From the NCBI GenBank assembly GCA_900547555.1, contig URHG01000009.1:3060-67059 (forward strand): DNA of 64,000 nt, written 5' to 3'. The position numbers and the translations under genes are program-made. The DNA comes from an uncultured Porphyromonadaceae bacterium (GTDB lineage Bacteria > Bacteroidota > Bacteroidia > Bacteroidales > UBA11471). Of the stretch, positions 8,592-17,734 are shown piece by piece. Under the pieces are notes generated by a model. The model had not been told where the DNA came from, searched no databases, and was given only the letters and a program-made list of their open reading frames with translations. Numbering within the stretch: the stretch's first letter is position 1; every line of letters starts with the position of its first letter.

Positions 8592-10583
8592 ATGAGAAGA
8601 ATTCTTTTTGTTTGTATGTTGATGCTTGTTGCCGTAGGGACGCAGGCGCAAGCCTACCAGTCGCCGATTGCGTTCATACCCGATCGGGTAACGGTAGGTA
8701 AAAAGCTCACGGTAACTTATAATACCGAACTTACCGAGTTGAAAGGAGCTCGTGCGGTCGATATGATCGCTTATTTTTGGCACGATTATCGTTGGACGGC
8801 GATCGACGCTCCTATGATAAAGTCGGGTAACCTGTGGATGTCGGTTATCGATATACCCACCGATGCAGCTTTGCTTACATTGAAGTTCGTGGCCGATGAC
8901 AAGGTCGATACCGGGGGACGTAATACCTATTCGCAGTTTACCGTAGATACGTTGGGGCGCAATCTCCCTTCTTCTTATCTCGGTTGGGGGTTGTTCCGGA
9001 GCGAATATACCTATAAGCAATACGGGATACCCGGGTATATCAATGACTCGACTTGCATAACCAATGACGTGTTTTTGTTCTGGTGCAATCAGGATTTGCG
9101 TTATTTCCCGATGGATTATCCGAGAGTGTCTTACTATGCTGCCGACGGGGTCGTTCACAAAAATCCGGCAAAAGCCGATTCTGTTATCCGCAAGGATATT
9201 ATCAATATAATGTCTATTCCCGCAGACAAGCGCACGGAGAAAACGTTGCTCGACATCTACACCGTTTGCAATAAATATCTGCATGACAAGAGTTTGTCCG
9301 ACTCGATCGAGTCTTTGGCGTTATCGGATTATCCCGATGGAATTTTTGCCCGGGACAAAGAGGTTCGCCGACTGTTTATGATGTCCGATCTCGATGCCAA
9401 AACACGGGAACTCGATACGCTCCTGAAACGTTTCCCCACTTCTCGTTATGAGAATGTGTCTTCTCCCAATGTAGACCTTTTCTATGCGAAACTTATACAA
9501 TCGGTGATTTATAATGCCATTGTGAAGCACAACGATTACTCTTTGTTGTATAAGTATATACACGATGTTCCCTATGGACATTTGGCTACTTTTTATTGGC
9601 ACATGGTGCAGATACCTTACCGGAACGGCGATATGAAGGCCGATGCACTGATGCCGCATGCCGAGTTGATTATGAAGGAGATCATGAATCGTCCTCGGGA
9701 ATATCGGAATGAAGTTTATTCGCCGAAAGACTGGAATGCGATGATTTGGGAACGGAATAAAGCCGCTCTTTTTACGCATGCCCGTTTGTTAAACGATTTG
9801 GGCCGTAAAGATGAAGCGATGAAAATCATGGATCGCTTGTCGCCGATGTTCGCTTATGCCGATGCCGAGTTTTATACCGTATATATTTCGATGCTCGACG
9901 GTACGCAGCGTCGCGGCGAAATTATTCCTATCATTGAGGCTTGTGTGAAAAACAATGCTGCCGGCCCCGAAATGTTGGGAGCACTTCGAGACGATTACAA
10001 GATGCGTAACGGTTCGGAAAACGGGTATGAAGAATATTTGCAGAAGTTGAAATCTTCGGCACATCTTCAAGCGATGCAAGAGGAGATAGAGGAGAATATC
10101 GTAAAACTTCCTATCGAGTTGTTTGCTATGAAAGATTTGGACGGCAATACGGTGGATTTGTCCCAAATGAAGGGGAAAATTCTTGTACTCGATTTCTGGG
10201 CCACATGGTGCGCTCCTTGCAAAGCCTCTTTCCCCGGAATGCAAATGGCTGTCGACAAGTATGCCGATGATGAGAATGTGGAATTCTTTTTTATCGCGAC
10301 GATGGAGACCAATCCCGATTATAAAGCCGAAATACGTAAATTTTTGAAATCGAAAGGTTTCAATATGAATGTACTTCTCGATAATACGGCTCAAGGTGCG
10401 AAGTCGAACGATGTGGTATATTCCCGTTATTGCAAAGATTTCCATTTCTCGGGTATACCTCAGAAATTGATTGTCGACGGCGATGGATATTTGCGTTACC
10501 GTTCTACGGGGTATCACGGGAGTCCGTCTGCCCTTGTCGACGAAATATCTTTTGTCATAGAATATCTTAAAAACAAAAACTAA
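8592..10583 (+). CDS. secreted TlpA/AhpC-TSA-like thiol:disulfide oxidoreductase fused to a large N-terminal domain
   Basis: The ORF opens with TTG at 8574. The ATG at 8592 gives 663 aa with a signal peptide (MRRILFVCMLMLVAVGTQAQA). The C-terminal ~150 aa form a thioredoxin fold with LDFWATWCAPCKASFP (CxxC). Confidence 0.85.
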   Translation: MRRILFVCMLMLVAVGTQAQAYQSPIAFIPDRVTVGKKLTVTYNTELTELKGARAVDMIAYFWHDYRWTAIDAPMIKSGNLWMSVIDIPTDAALLTLKFVADDKVDTGGRNTYSQFTVDTLGRNLPSSYLGWGLFRSEYTYKQYGIPGYINDSTCITNDVFLFWCNQDLRYFPMDYPRVSYYAADGVVHKNPAKADSVIRKDIINIMSIPADKRTEKTLLDIYTVCNKYLHDKSLSDSIESLALSDYPDGIFARDKEVRRLFMMSDLDAKTRELDTLLKRFPTSRYENVSSPNVDLFYAKLIQSVIYNAIVKHNDYSLLYKYIHDVPYGHLATFYWHMVQIPYRNGDMKADALMPHAELIMKEIMNRPREYRNEVYSPKDWNAMIWERNKAALFTHARLLNDLGRKDEAMKIMDRLSPMFAYADAEFYTVYISMLDGTQRRGEIIPIIEACVKNNAAGPEMLGALRDDYKMRNGSENGYEEYLQKLKSSAHLQAMQEEIEENIVKLPIELFAMKDLDGNTVDLSQMKGKILVLDFWATWCAPCKASFPGMQMAVDKYADDENVEFFFIATMETNPDYKAEIRKFLKSKGFNMNVLLDNTAQGAKSNDVVYSRYCKDFHFSGIPQKLIVDGDGYLRYRSTGYHGSPSALVDEISFVIEYLKNKN

Positions 10584-10610
10584 TATTGTTCAACTTAAAA
10601 TTTAGCAAAG

Positions 10611-12185
10611 ATGAAAAAACTGTTTGTCATGGTTGCTGCGGTAGCTTTTGCTGCCAATGTTTCCGCTGTTGTCGGTGAGGCGACAGGGTATGCGACCAAA
10701 AGTTCTACGATGTATGCCGACACATCCGGAGTGGTTATACCACCTTTATCATTGTCTGAAACTTGCTTGTATGGTGCAGAAGGTCGCCTTAATACGGTAC
10801 TTACATCTTACAATCGCACCGTGTACACTTATGGCGATGATAATAAGATTTCCGAAACCAAACAATATGCTTCGGACGGGACATTGTCGTCGAAGACGGT
10901 ATATGAGTATGATGCTGCCGATAATTTGACGAAAACAATTTCTTACAATGCCGAGGGAGAAGCGACCGGCATGACGCAGTATGCCGATTATCAAAACGGA
11001 TATTACGGTAATCGTAAAAATATGAATGGAGATGGATCTCAGGTGTATGACGATCGTAAATGGGAATATACGTTCAATGCCGATAAGACACCCGCTACTG
11101 TGGTTGAAAAAGTGCTTTCGGGGGAGAACTACAATATCATCAGCAAAACCGAATATACTTATGAGTCGGGTGTATTGACCTCTACACAGGCATATCTCTA
11201 TAATTCCACTTCTGGGGAATATACCGAGAATGGAGGACCATCGAAATATACTTACGAGAACGGTAATTTGGTGAAAAAAGAAAGTTCGATGATGAGTCGT
11301 GGGGATCGCTATATAACGGTCGAAGAGTATGCTTATACCACATACGATGCCAAATATATCGTGAAAGATTTGCAAATAACCGAGTCGGCTAAGAATGTGA
11401 TTACCCTCACATGGAAAGCTCCCGAATCGACTGTCAGCGGTTATTATGTTTTGATCGATAATGCGTGGTCGGAGTTGTTGTCGGAGACGACTTATACGAC
11501 CGAAGTACTGCTTAACGGTACACACGAATTTGCCGTAGTGGGAGTTGTCGACAATATGATGAAAAATATTTCGGAATATAAATCGATAACGCTCAATGAT
11601 GAAGGTGTGAAACCGGCTACCGATTTCACTGTGGTTTCTATGGCAGAGAAAACAACTGTCGACGGTTCGGAGGTTTATCCTGTTACCGTATCTTGGAAAG
11701 CTCCTGCTACCGAATCGACGATTAAGTCTTACTATGTATATTACTCGGAGTATAGCTATCAAGAAGTAGCTGCCGACCAAACTACCGCTACCCTCAATTT
11801 GCCTACTTGGGTATGTGAGACCGAAGGTCTCGATGGTCCCGAAGGTGTAGATGTAACCCTTTTTGTAAAAGTCGTTTACACGACTGGAACTTCGGAGAAA
11901 TCGAATGAAATCATCGCCAATCCCTTCAATAACGAATGGACAGCTTCGATAGCTCAGACGGGTGTCGAGACAGCTGCCGTTAAAGCCTATCCGACTCCTG
12001 CTGTCGATTGTCTTTATCTTTCGGCACCGGCCTCTGTTAAAATATACAATGCCGCCGGTGTTTTGGTTCTCGACGCACCTGTGTGCAGTTCGGTGAACGT
12101 GTCGTCGCTTGCATCGGGTTATTATTTCCTGCAAGGTGTAGATGCCGAAGGAAATGCCTTCTCTCAGAAAGTCGTGATAAAATAA
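10611..12185 (+). CDS. secreted protein with YD-like repeats, FN3-like domains and a T9SS C-terminal sorting domain
   Basis: 524 aa with a signal peptide. YD-like repeat text (YTYGDDNKISETKQYASDGTLSSKTVYEYDAADNLTKTISYNAEGE). The last ~70 aa (VKAYPTPAVDCLYLS...IYNAAGVLV...LASGYYFLQGVD...KVVIK) fit the T9SS type A CTD pattern. Confidence 0.8.
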   Translation: MKKLFVMVAAVAFAANVSAVVGEATGYATKSSTMYADTSGVVIPPLSLSETCLYGAEGRLNTVLTSYNRTVYTYGDDNKISETKQYASDGTLSSKTVYEYDAADNLTKTISYNAEGEATGMTQYADYQNGYYGNRKNMNGDGSQVYDDRKWEYTFNADKTPATVVEKVLSGENYNIISKTEYTYESGVLTSTQAYLYNSTSGEYTENGGPSKYTYENGNLVKKESSMMSRGDRYITVEEYAYTTYDAKYIVKDLQITESAKNVITLTWKAPESTVSGYYVLIDNAWSELLSETTYTTEVLLNGTHEFAVVGVVDNMMKNISEYKSITLNDEGVKPATDFTVVSMAEKTTVDGSEVYPVTVSWKAPATESTIKSYYVYYSEYSYQEVAADQTTATLNLPTWVCETEGLDGPEGVDVTLFVKVVYTTGTSEKSNEIIANPFNNEWTASIAQTGVETAAVKAYPTPAVDCLYLSAPASVKIYNAAGVLVLDAPVCSSVNVSSLASGYYFLQGVDAEGNAFSQKVVIK

Positions 12186-12221
12186 TTTTTTTCATACCTG
12201 AACCTTGACTTTAATTTGAGT

Positions 12222-12256
12222 GGGGAAGGAGATGTTTTTCTCCTTCCCCTTTTTTT
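12222..12256 (+). terminator. rho-independent terminator after the T9SS cargo gene
   Basis: The stem GGGGAAGGAGA pairs with TCTCCTTCCCC around a 6-nt loop, followed by T7. Confidence 0.8.
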
Positions 12257-12262
12257 AGAACG

Positions 12263-13642
12263 ATGAAAAAGATCTTAGTAATTATTCTTTGTGTTATACC
12301 TGCATTCCGTTTATTGGCCGATAATTGGCAAGGACAGCAGGGAAGTCGCCGTTTTTATTTGGAAACCGATTATACGACGTCGGGAACTGCATTGACCTTG
12401 CCGGAGTTTTGGATAGAAAGAGCGGTTTGCGATTCGATGAGTCTGTCGGGCGATTCGCTCGATTTTCGGTTCAATCGGGGACAAATCGTTTTCAAAGGAC
12501 GTTTTGCATCTTCACGACAGCAAATCGATGCCGTTGTTTCCCTTTATGGTAAGAGTTATGATTTGAGGTTTGTACGTGTCGATACGTTACAGCCGCATTA
12601 CTGGTCGCAAAATCCCGTTCCGCCTTATCCCTATATCGAAGAAGAGATCACTGTACCGGTCAATGATACGATTCTTTTGGCGGGTACGCTCACCCGACCT
12701 TACGGGCGGAGGCGTGTACCGGCTGTTGTAATCCTTTCGGGAACCGGCAAGCAGGATAGGGACGCTTCATTTACAGGCCACCGGCCTTTTGCCCGTATAG
12801 CCGATTACCTGACCCGAAAAGGGATTGCCGTATTGCGGCTCGACGATCGTGATGTGGGGAAATCTACCGGACGTTATGAAGATGCGACGACTGCCGATTT
12901 CGCGGCCGATGCTTTGTCTGCGGTCGAAGTGCTGAAACATCGTAAAGGAATACGTCCGTCTAAAATAGGGTTGATGGGCCATAGTGAAGGCGGAGCGGCA
13001 GCGATGATGGCTGCGGCGCAATCGGACGATATTGCATTTGTGGTTACTTTGGCCGGACTCTCTACCGATGGGTTGACCAGCCTCCGTTTACAAAACGATG
13101 CGATTATCGATGCTTATCCCGGATATTCCGACGAGTGGCGGTGTGTCAATAAACGTTTCTTGCATACTCTTTTCTCATGGGTTTACGAAATACCGCTTTC
13201 ACAACCGTTGGCTGCTCCGCTTCGGGAGAAATTTATGGCTTGGGTTTCTTCCCAAAACGATACGGTATTGCAGATGACCGGACTGAAAGGTCGGGAGGAG
13301 ATGTATCTGGCCCGTTATTTGCGGACAGCCGATACCCCTTGGTATCGACAGTTGATGCATTACAATCCGGCCGATTATGTCCCGAAAGTCGGAGTGCCTG
13401 TATTGGCTCTCAATGGAGATTGCGATATTATGGTTCCCTCCGGCCCGAATCTGGCTACGGCCGATTCTTTGTTGCGTATGGGAGGAAACGAGCATTATGA
13501 GATCGTTTCTTTGCCCGGCTTGAATCACATGTTCCAGCATTGCGAAACGTGCACGCAGGAGGAAATACCCGATTTGCCCGATGTTTTTGCAGAAGAAGCA
13601 CTCGAAGAGATTTATCGTTTTTTTGAACGTTATATTTTATAG
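12263..13642 (+). CDS. secreted alpha/beta-hydrolase-fold serine hydrolase
   Basis: 459 aa with a signal peptide. Nucleophile elbow GHSEGG, and a late HMFQH consistent with a catalytic His. Confidence 0.8.
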   Translation: MKKILVIILCVIPAFRLLADNWQGQQGSRRFYLETDYTTSGTALTLPEFWIERAVCDSMSLSGDSLDFRFNRGQIVFKGRFASSRQQIDAVVSLYGKSYDLRFVRVDTLQPHYWSQNPVPPYPYIEEEITVPVNDTILLAGTLTRPYGRRRVPAVVILSGTGKQDRDASFTGHRPFARIADYLTRKGIAVLRLDDRDVGKSTGRYEDATTADFAADALSAVEVLKHRKGIRPSKIGLMGHSEGGAAAMMAAAQSDDIAFVVTLAGLSTDGLTSLRLQNDAIIDAYPGYSDEWRCVNKRFLHTLFSWVYEIPLSQPLAAPLREKFMAWVSSQNDTVLQMTGLKGREEMYLARYLRTADTPWYRQLMHYNPADYVPKVGVPVLALNGDCDIMVPSGPNLATADSLLRMGGNEHYEIVSLPGLNHMFQHCETCTQEEIPDLPDVFAEEALEEIYRFFERYIL

Positions 13643-13781
13643 TTTACCGAGTAAGTAGCTTGTGTTGTATAAAAAGGTGTAATCTGTGTCGGAAAGTTCT
13701 TTTCTGGATCAGATTGCACTTTTCTTTTTCCAATTCGGTTTTAGAAATGTTATCTTTGTATGGTATGATAATTTAATTTTG

Positions 13782-15635
13782 ATGAATATGATGCTGGTTA
13801 CTATTGTTATTTTGGCATTGTCGGCTATCTTTTTTATGATAGGAAAGATTCGGTCCGACCTGATAGCCTTGTGTTCGTTGATCCTCTTGGTACTGTTCGA
13901 TATTCTTACTCCAGCAGAGGCTTTGAGCGGATTTTCCAATAGTGTCGTTATCATGATGGTCGGCCTGTTTGTCGTAGGAGGTGCGATTTTCCAAACGGGG
14001 TTGGCCAAAATGGTAAGCGGAAAAATCATGAAGACGGCCGGGAAGAACCAGTTTCTTCTTTTCATACTGGTCATGTTGGTAACCTCTTTTGTCGGGGCAT
14101 TTGTGAGTAATACCGGTACGGTAGCTTTGATGTTGCCCATTGTGGTAAGTTTGGCCAATAGTGCCGATATGTCTCCTTCGCGTCTGCTCATGCCATTGGC
14201 CTTTGCCAGCAGTATGGGGGGGATGCTTACGCTCATAGGTACGCCGCCGAACTTGGTCATTCAGGAAGCTATTGTAGACGCTGGGTTGGAACCCTTGTCG
14301 TTTTTCTCTTTTACCCCGGTGGGCGTTGTATGTATCGTGGTCGGTATTATCGTTTTGATACCGTTGTCGAAATGGATTCTTTCCCGGAAGAAACGGCAGG
14401 CCGAAGACGAAAAAAAGTCTCACCCTTCTATGGAGGAATTATTGCGGGAATATCAGTTGGAACAGCGCCTTTTCAGAGTACAGGTACCTGCCGATTCTAC
14501 TTATTGCGGGAAAATGTTACAAGAGTTGGATATTTCGGAGAAATACAGTGTCGGCATTTTGGAGATACGGCGTAAAATTTCTACGCGCCGGCATTTTTTC
14601 AATAATATTTACGATCATATAACGGCCGGGCCGCATACCGTGATACAAAGCGGCGATATACTTTATCTGTCGGGCGATGCCGAACATGTTTCCCAAATGG
14701 TCGAAGATAATGCCTTGTGGAAGCTCGATACGATATACAATACGTCCGAGTCGGATAAGATGAATCAGACGGGAGTGGCAGAAGTTTTGCTGTTGCATAA
14801 TTCATCGCTGCATAATGTGGCGGTGCGCGATTGCGGCTTCCGGGAAAAATTCAATATCAATATATTAGGTATACAGAGGAACGATACCTATTATGTGCAT
14901 GACTTGCGTGATTTCCGTATGCATAGCGGGGACGCCTTGTTGGTGCAGGGAGAGTGGAGCGATATAGCCCGCATGAGCAGGGAGCAGAACGATTGGGTCG
15001 TATTGGGACAACCTATCGAGCAGGTTGCCAAAGTAACGATCGATCGCAAGGCGCCTGTCGCTGCCGGTATTATGTTGCTTATGATATTGGCGATGATTTT
15101 CGATTGGGTTCCGGCGGTGATGGCGGTTATTATTGCGGCTGTATTGATGGTATTTACCGGGTGCTTGCGAAATGTCGAAGATGCCTATCGTACGATAAAT
15201 TGGGAAAGCATCGTATTGATTGCCGCCATGATGCCGATGTCGTTGGCTTTGGAGAAAACCGGAGCTTCGTCCGGAATATCTATGGCGCTCGTTTCGGGAC
15301 TTGGAGAGTACGGCCCGTTGGCATTGCTGGCCGGTATTTATTTTACGACGTCATTGATGACGATGTTCATCAGCAATACGGCTACGGCGGTGCTTTTGGC
15401 TCCCATTGCCATGCAGTCGGCCATCAGTTTGGGTGTGAGTCCCTATCCTTATCTTTTTGCCGTAACCGTAGCGGCGAGCATGTGTTTCGCTTCTCCATTC
15501 TCTACACCGCCCAATGCATTGGTTATGTCGGCCGGTAAATATACATTTATGGATTATGTCAAAGTGGGATTGCCCTTACAACTTGTTCTCGGTATCGTCA
15601 TGATATTCGTTTTACCGTTGTTGTTCCCTTTTTAG
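13782..15635 (+). CDS. SLC13/DASS-family permease with central TrkA-C domains
   Basis: The ORF opens with GTG at 13686. The ATG at 13782 (MNMMLVTIVILA) gives 617 aa. Two polytopic membrane halves flank a soluble ~200-aa insert, the architecture of TrkA-C-containing SLC13 permeases. Confidence 0.85.
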   Translation: MNMMLVTIVILALSAIFFMIGKIRSDLIALCSLILLVLFDILTPAEALSGFSNSVVIMMVGLFVVGGAIFQTGLAKMVSGKIMKTAGKNQFLLFILVMLVTSFVGAFVSNTGTVALMLPIVVSLANSADMSPSRLLMPLAFASSMGGMLTLIGTPPNLVIQEAIVDAGLEPLSFFSFTPVGVVCIVVGIIVLIPLSKWILSRKKRQAEDEKKSHPSMEELLREYQLEQRLFRVQVPADSTYCGKMLQELDISEKYSVGILEIRRKISTRRHFFNNIYDHITAGPHTVIQSGDILYLSGDAEHVSQMVEDNALWKLDTIYNTSESDKMNQTGVAEVLLLHNSSLHNVAVRDCGFREKFNINILGIQRNDTYYVHDLRDFRMHSGDALLVQGEWSDIARMSREQNDWVVLGQPIEQVAKVTIDRKAPVAAGIMLLMILAMIFDWVPAVMAVIIAAVLMVFTGCLRNVEDAYRTINWESIVLIAAMMPMSLALEKTGASSGISMALVSGLGEYGPLALLAGIYFTTSLMTMFISNTATAVLLAPIAMQSAISLGVSPYPYLFAVTVAASMCFASPFSTPPNALVMSAGKYTFMDYVKVGLPLQLVLGIVMIFVLPLLFPF

Positions 15636-15657
15636 TCGGAGATCGATGATAAAAAAC

Positions 15658-15693
15658 AAAAGGCTTCTTATTTCCAAGAAGCCTTTTGTTTTT
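15658..15693. terminator. bidirectional hairpin terminator between convergent genes
   Basis: AAAAGGCTTCTT pairs with AAGAAGCCTTTT around a 6-nt loop. It is flanked by an A-run and a T-run. Confidence 0.8.
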
Positions 15694-15698
15694 AAAAA

Positions 15699-15953
15699 CT
15701 ATTTGTCTTTTATCTCTTCAAAGTCGACATATTCGCCGACCGATTGGTCGAATACTTTTTTCTTCCGTTGAGGTCGGGACGAACTTTTCTCTTCGCTATA
15801 AGTTTCGTTTTGTTGATTGTTTTCGGTTTTTCGGTAAGAGTGGAACGGTTGTCTGTTACGACCGCCGAATGTACTCATGATTCTGAACACGAATCCCAAG
15901 ACCGCCAAAAGCAAGATAAAGCCGATGAAAATTATAAATTGAAAAATGAACAT
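15699..15953 (-). CDS. small membrane protein (DUF4834-like, from memory)
   Basis: 84 aa. N-terminal TM helix, low-complexity basic/Ser-rich middle, C-terminal GEYVDFEEIKDK. It lies next to pssA/psd, as is typical in Bacteroidota. Confidence 0.65.
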   Translation of the reverse strand: MFIFQFIIFIGFILLLAVLGFVFRIMSTFGGRNRQPFHSYRKTENNQQNETYSEEKSSSRPQRKKKVFDQSVGEYVDFEEIKDK

Positions 15954-16049
15954 TTTCGGTTGGTGATTAGAAATCGATTATGACTGTAAATATACAACAA
16001 CAATTTTATCCCCATTTATATTAAATCTAAAACGAAGATAAAAAAGCTT

Positions 16050-16733
16050 TTATTTCCGAATCCAAGCGATCAGCGAGAGAAGGATATAGGCGATGATAGC
16101 TCCGGCCAATCCCGTAAGTCCCAGCCAGATGACGAGTCCCAAAGAGGTGATGACGAGAATGTAGCGCAATTTATTGTTGCTCCATGACAGGTTCGATGCC
16201 TTCAAAGAGAACATAGGAAGGTTCGATACCATGAGATAGGAGAAAAGGACGATAAGCGCCAAGATGATTGCCGGGTGCCAGTCCCGGGTGTCGGCGAAAC
16301 AAACGCCTATCCAAAAGAGTGCGTTGGCGGGAATGGGCAGTCCTATGAAAGAGGTCGTCTGGCGGTCGTCGACATTGAATTTGGCAAGACGTATCCCTCC
16401 GGCTATCGGAATCAATAAGGCGACGTATGCCAAATATTCGAGATTTCCGTAAGGAAGAAGTAGGTAATCGTTCAATAGAGTATATACCATAAGCCCCGGA
16501 GCCAATCCGAAACTGATGAGATCGGAGAGCGAATCGAGTTCCTTTCCCATGTCGGAGTAGGCGTGAAGCAGACGCGCCGACAATCCGTCGAGAAAATCAC
16601 ATACGGCGGCGATGAGAATAAAAATTGCGGCTTGTTCGAATGTGCCACGCAGGGCCATGATTACGGCTAAACTGCCTGCCGTCAGGTTACAACAGGTGAT
16701 AATATTTGGAATATATGAAGAGAGCCGTTTCAT
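16050..16733 (-). CDS. pssA: CDP-diacylglycerol--serine O-phosphatidyltransferase
   Basis: 227 aa, polytopic. CDP-alcohol phosphatidyltransferase motif DFLDGLSARLLHAYSDMGKELDSLSDL. Adjacent to psd. Confidence 0.9.
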   Translation of the reverse strand: MKRLSSYIPNIITCCNLTAGSLAVIMALRGTFEQAAIFILIAAVCDFLDGLSARLLHAYSDMGKELDSLSDLISFGLAPGLMVYTLLNDYLLLPYGNLEYLAYVALLIPIAGGIRLAKFNVDDRQTTSFIGLPIPANALFWIGVCFADTRDWHPAIILALIVLFSYLMVSNLPMFSLKASNLSWSNNKLRYILVITSLGLVIWLGLTGLAGAIIAYILLSLIAWIRK

Positions 16734-16768
16734 AAGTGTATGCTTTGATGGATTTTAATAGGCTTGCA

Positions 16769-17437
16769 TCACGATTTCAGGCGGGCTATGGGGGTTATGT
16801 TACCGGTGGTTTTATCGTTGAGATGAACCATGATTTCGGCATCGAGCGGCAGGTAGAGATCGACACGAGAACCGAATTTGATAAATCCGATGTGTTCATC
16901 GATTTGGCAGGTCTCCCCCGGTTCTGCGTATGTAACGATACGACGGGCGAGAGCGCCGGCAATCTGGCGCATGAGAATTTCTTGTCCGTTTTCTGCTTTT
17001 ATGACAATGGTGGAACGCTCGTTTTCAGTACTCGACTTAGGCAACCATGCGGCCATATAACGGCCGTTTTGGTGGCTTACATGTATAATGCTTCCGTTCA
17101 CGGGAGTCCAGTTGGCATGGACGTTCATCAGATTCATGAATATCGATACTTGCAATCGTTTGTCGTGGAAGTATTCGTTTTCGACGACCTCTTCGGTAAC
17201 GACTACTACTCCGTCGGCAGGAGCAACGACCATGTTTTTTTGCTCTCCCGGAAAGTGCCGGCGGGGAGAGCGGAAAAAGTTGAGCACCAAAAAGAAAACG
17301 ACGGCCGATGCGATGAAAATGATAAGATTCAGAATGCGTATAGGGCAAAAATAATAGAGTAACCCATCTATAATGAGCAATATGAGGAATAAGACGAGCA
17401 GTATGTTTCTTCCTTCTCTATGTATTTTGACTTTCAT
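16769..17437 (-). CDS. psd: phosphatidylserine decarboxylase proenzyme
   Basis: This is the C-terminal 222 aa of the 571-aa ORF, starting at MKVKIHREG. It has N-terminal TM helices and the self-cleavage site FGSRV. A TAccTTTG box lies 38 nt upstream of this ATG. Confidence 0.9.
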   Translation of the reverse strand: MKVKIHREGRNILLVLFLILLIIDGLLYYFCPIRILNLIIFIASAVVFFLVLNFFRSPRRHFPGEQKNMVVAPADGVVVVTEEVVENEYFHDKRLQVSIFMNLMNVHANWTPVNGSIIHVSHQNGRYMAAWLPKSSTENERSTIVIKAENGQEILMRQIAGALARRIVTYAEPGETCQIDEHIGFIKFGSRVDLYLPLDAEIMVHLNDKTTGNITPIARLKS

Positions 17438-17474
17438 TTTTGTTTGAGATAATGTTTTTTGCGTATAATTTCTA

Positions 17475-17482
17475 CAAAGGTA
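17475..17482 (-). promoter_or_regulatory. -7 promoter box for psd
   Basis: TAccTTTG on the minus strand matches the Bacteroides sigma-A consensus TAnnTTTG, 38 nt upstream of the psd ATG. Confidence 0.45.
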
Positions 17483-17632
17483 GAGAGATTTTATGTAACG
17501 GCAAAACAACTTTTTTAAAATCTTATATTTTCGATGAGGGGTGTATGGGCGCATCTCTTTTTGTTTTTTGATATTTTCTCGGAGAGTTATGATATTATGG
17601 TGTAGAACGCAGTCGGCGTTTCTTTTTTTATG

Positions 17633-17640
17633 TATCTTTG
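17633..17640 (+). promoter_or_regulatory. -7 promoter box for the pseudouridine synthase gene
   Basis: TAtcTTTG, 95 nt upstream of the ATG at 17735. Confidence 0.45.
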
Positions 17641-17734
17641 CAAGGATTCGAAAGCGGCAGGCGGCATTCGATATAGCAATGATGGTATTTTTTGCTTCGC
17701 GGCTTGTTTTGCTTTTTTGTAAAATGTGTTGATT

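Noticed and set aside
10749-12134. Very long antisense ORFs opposite well-supported genes: 10749-12134 (461 aa), 28426-29844 (472 aa), 36336-37451 (371 aa), 35310-36329 (339 aa), 19356-20309 (317 aa), 4664-5590 (308 aa), 8415-9284 (289 aa) and 59876-60802 (308 aa).
   Set aside because: Each lies fully or mostly inside a gene with clear family motifs on the other strand. Their translations are low-complexity and rich in R, I, F and H, with no motifs. No TAnnTTTG box precedes them. They are the expected by-product of the codon bias of the sense genes.
13686-13781. GTG-initiated 32-residue N-terminal extension of the SLC13 permease.
   Set aside because: The extension is not needed for the first TM helix. 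The ATG at 13782 begins directly with the hydrophobic helix MNMMLVTIVILALSAIFF.
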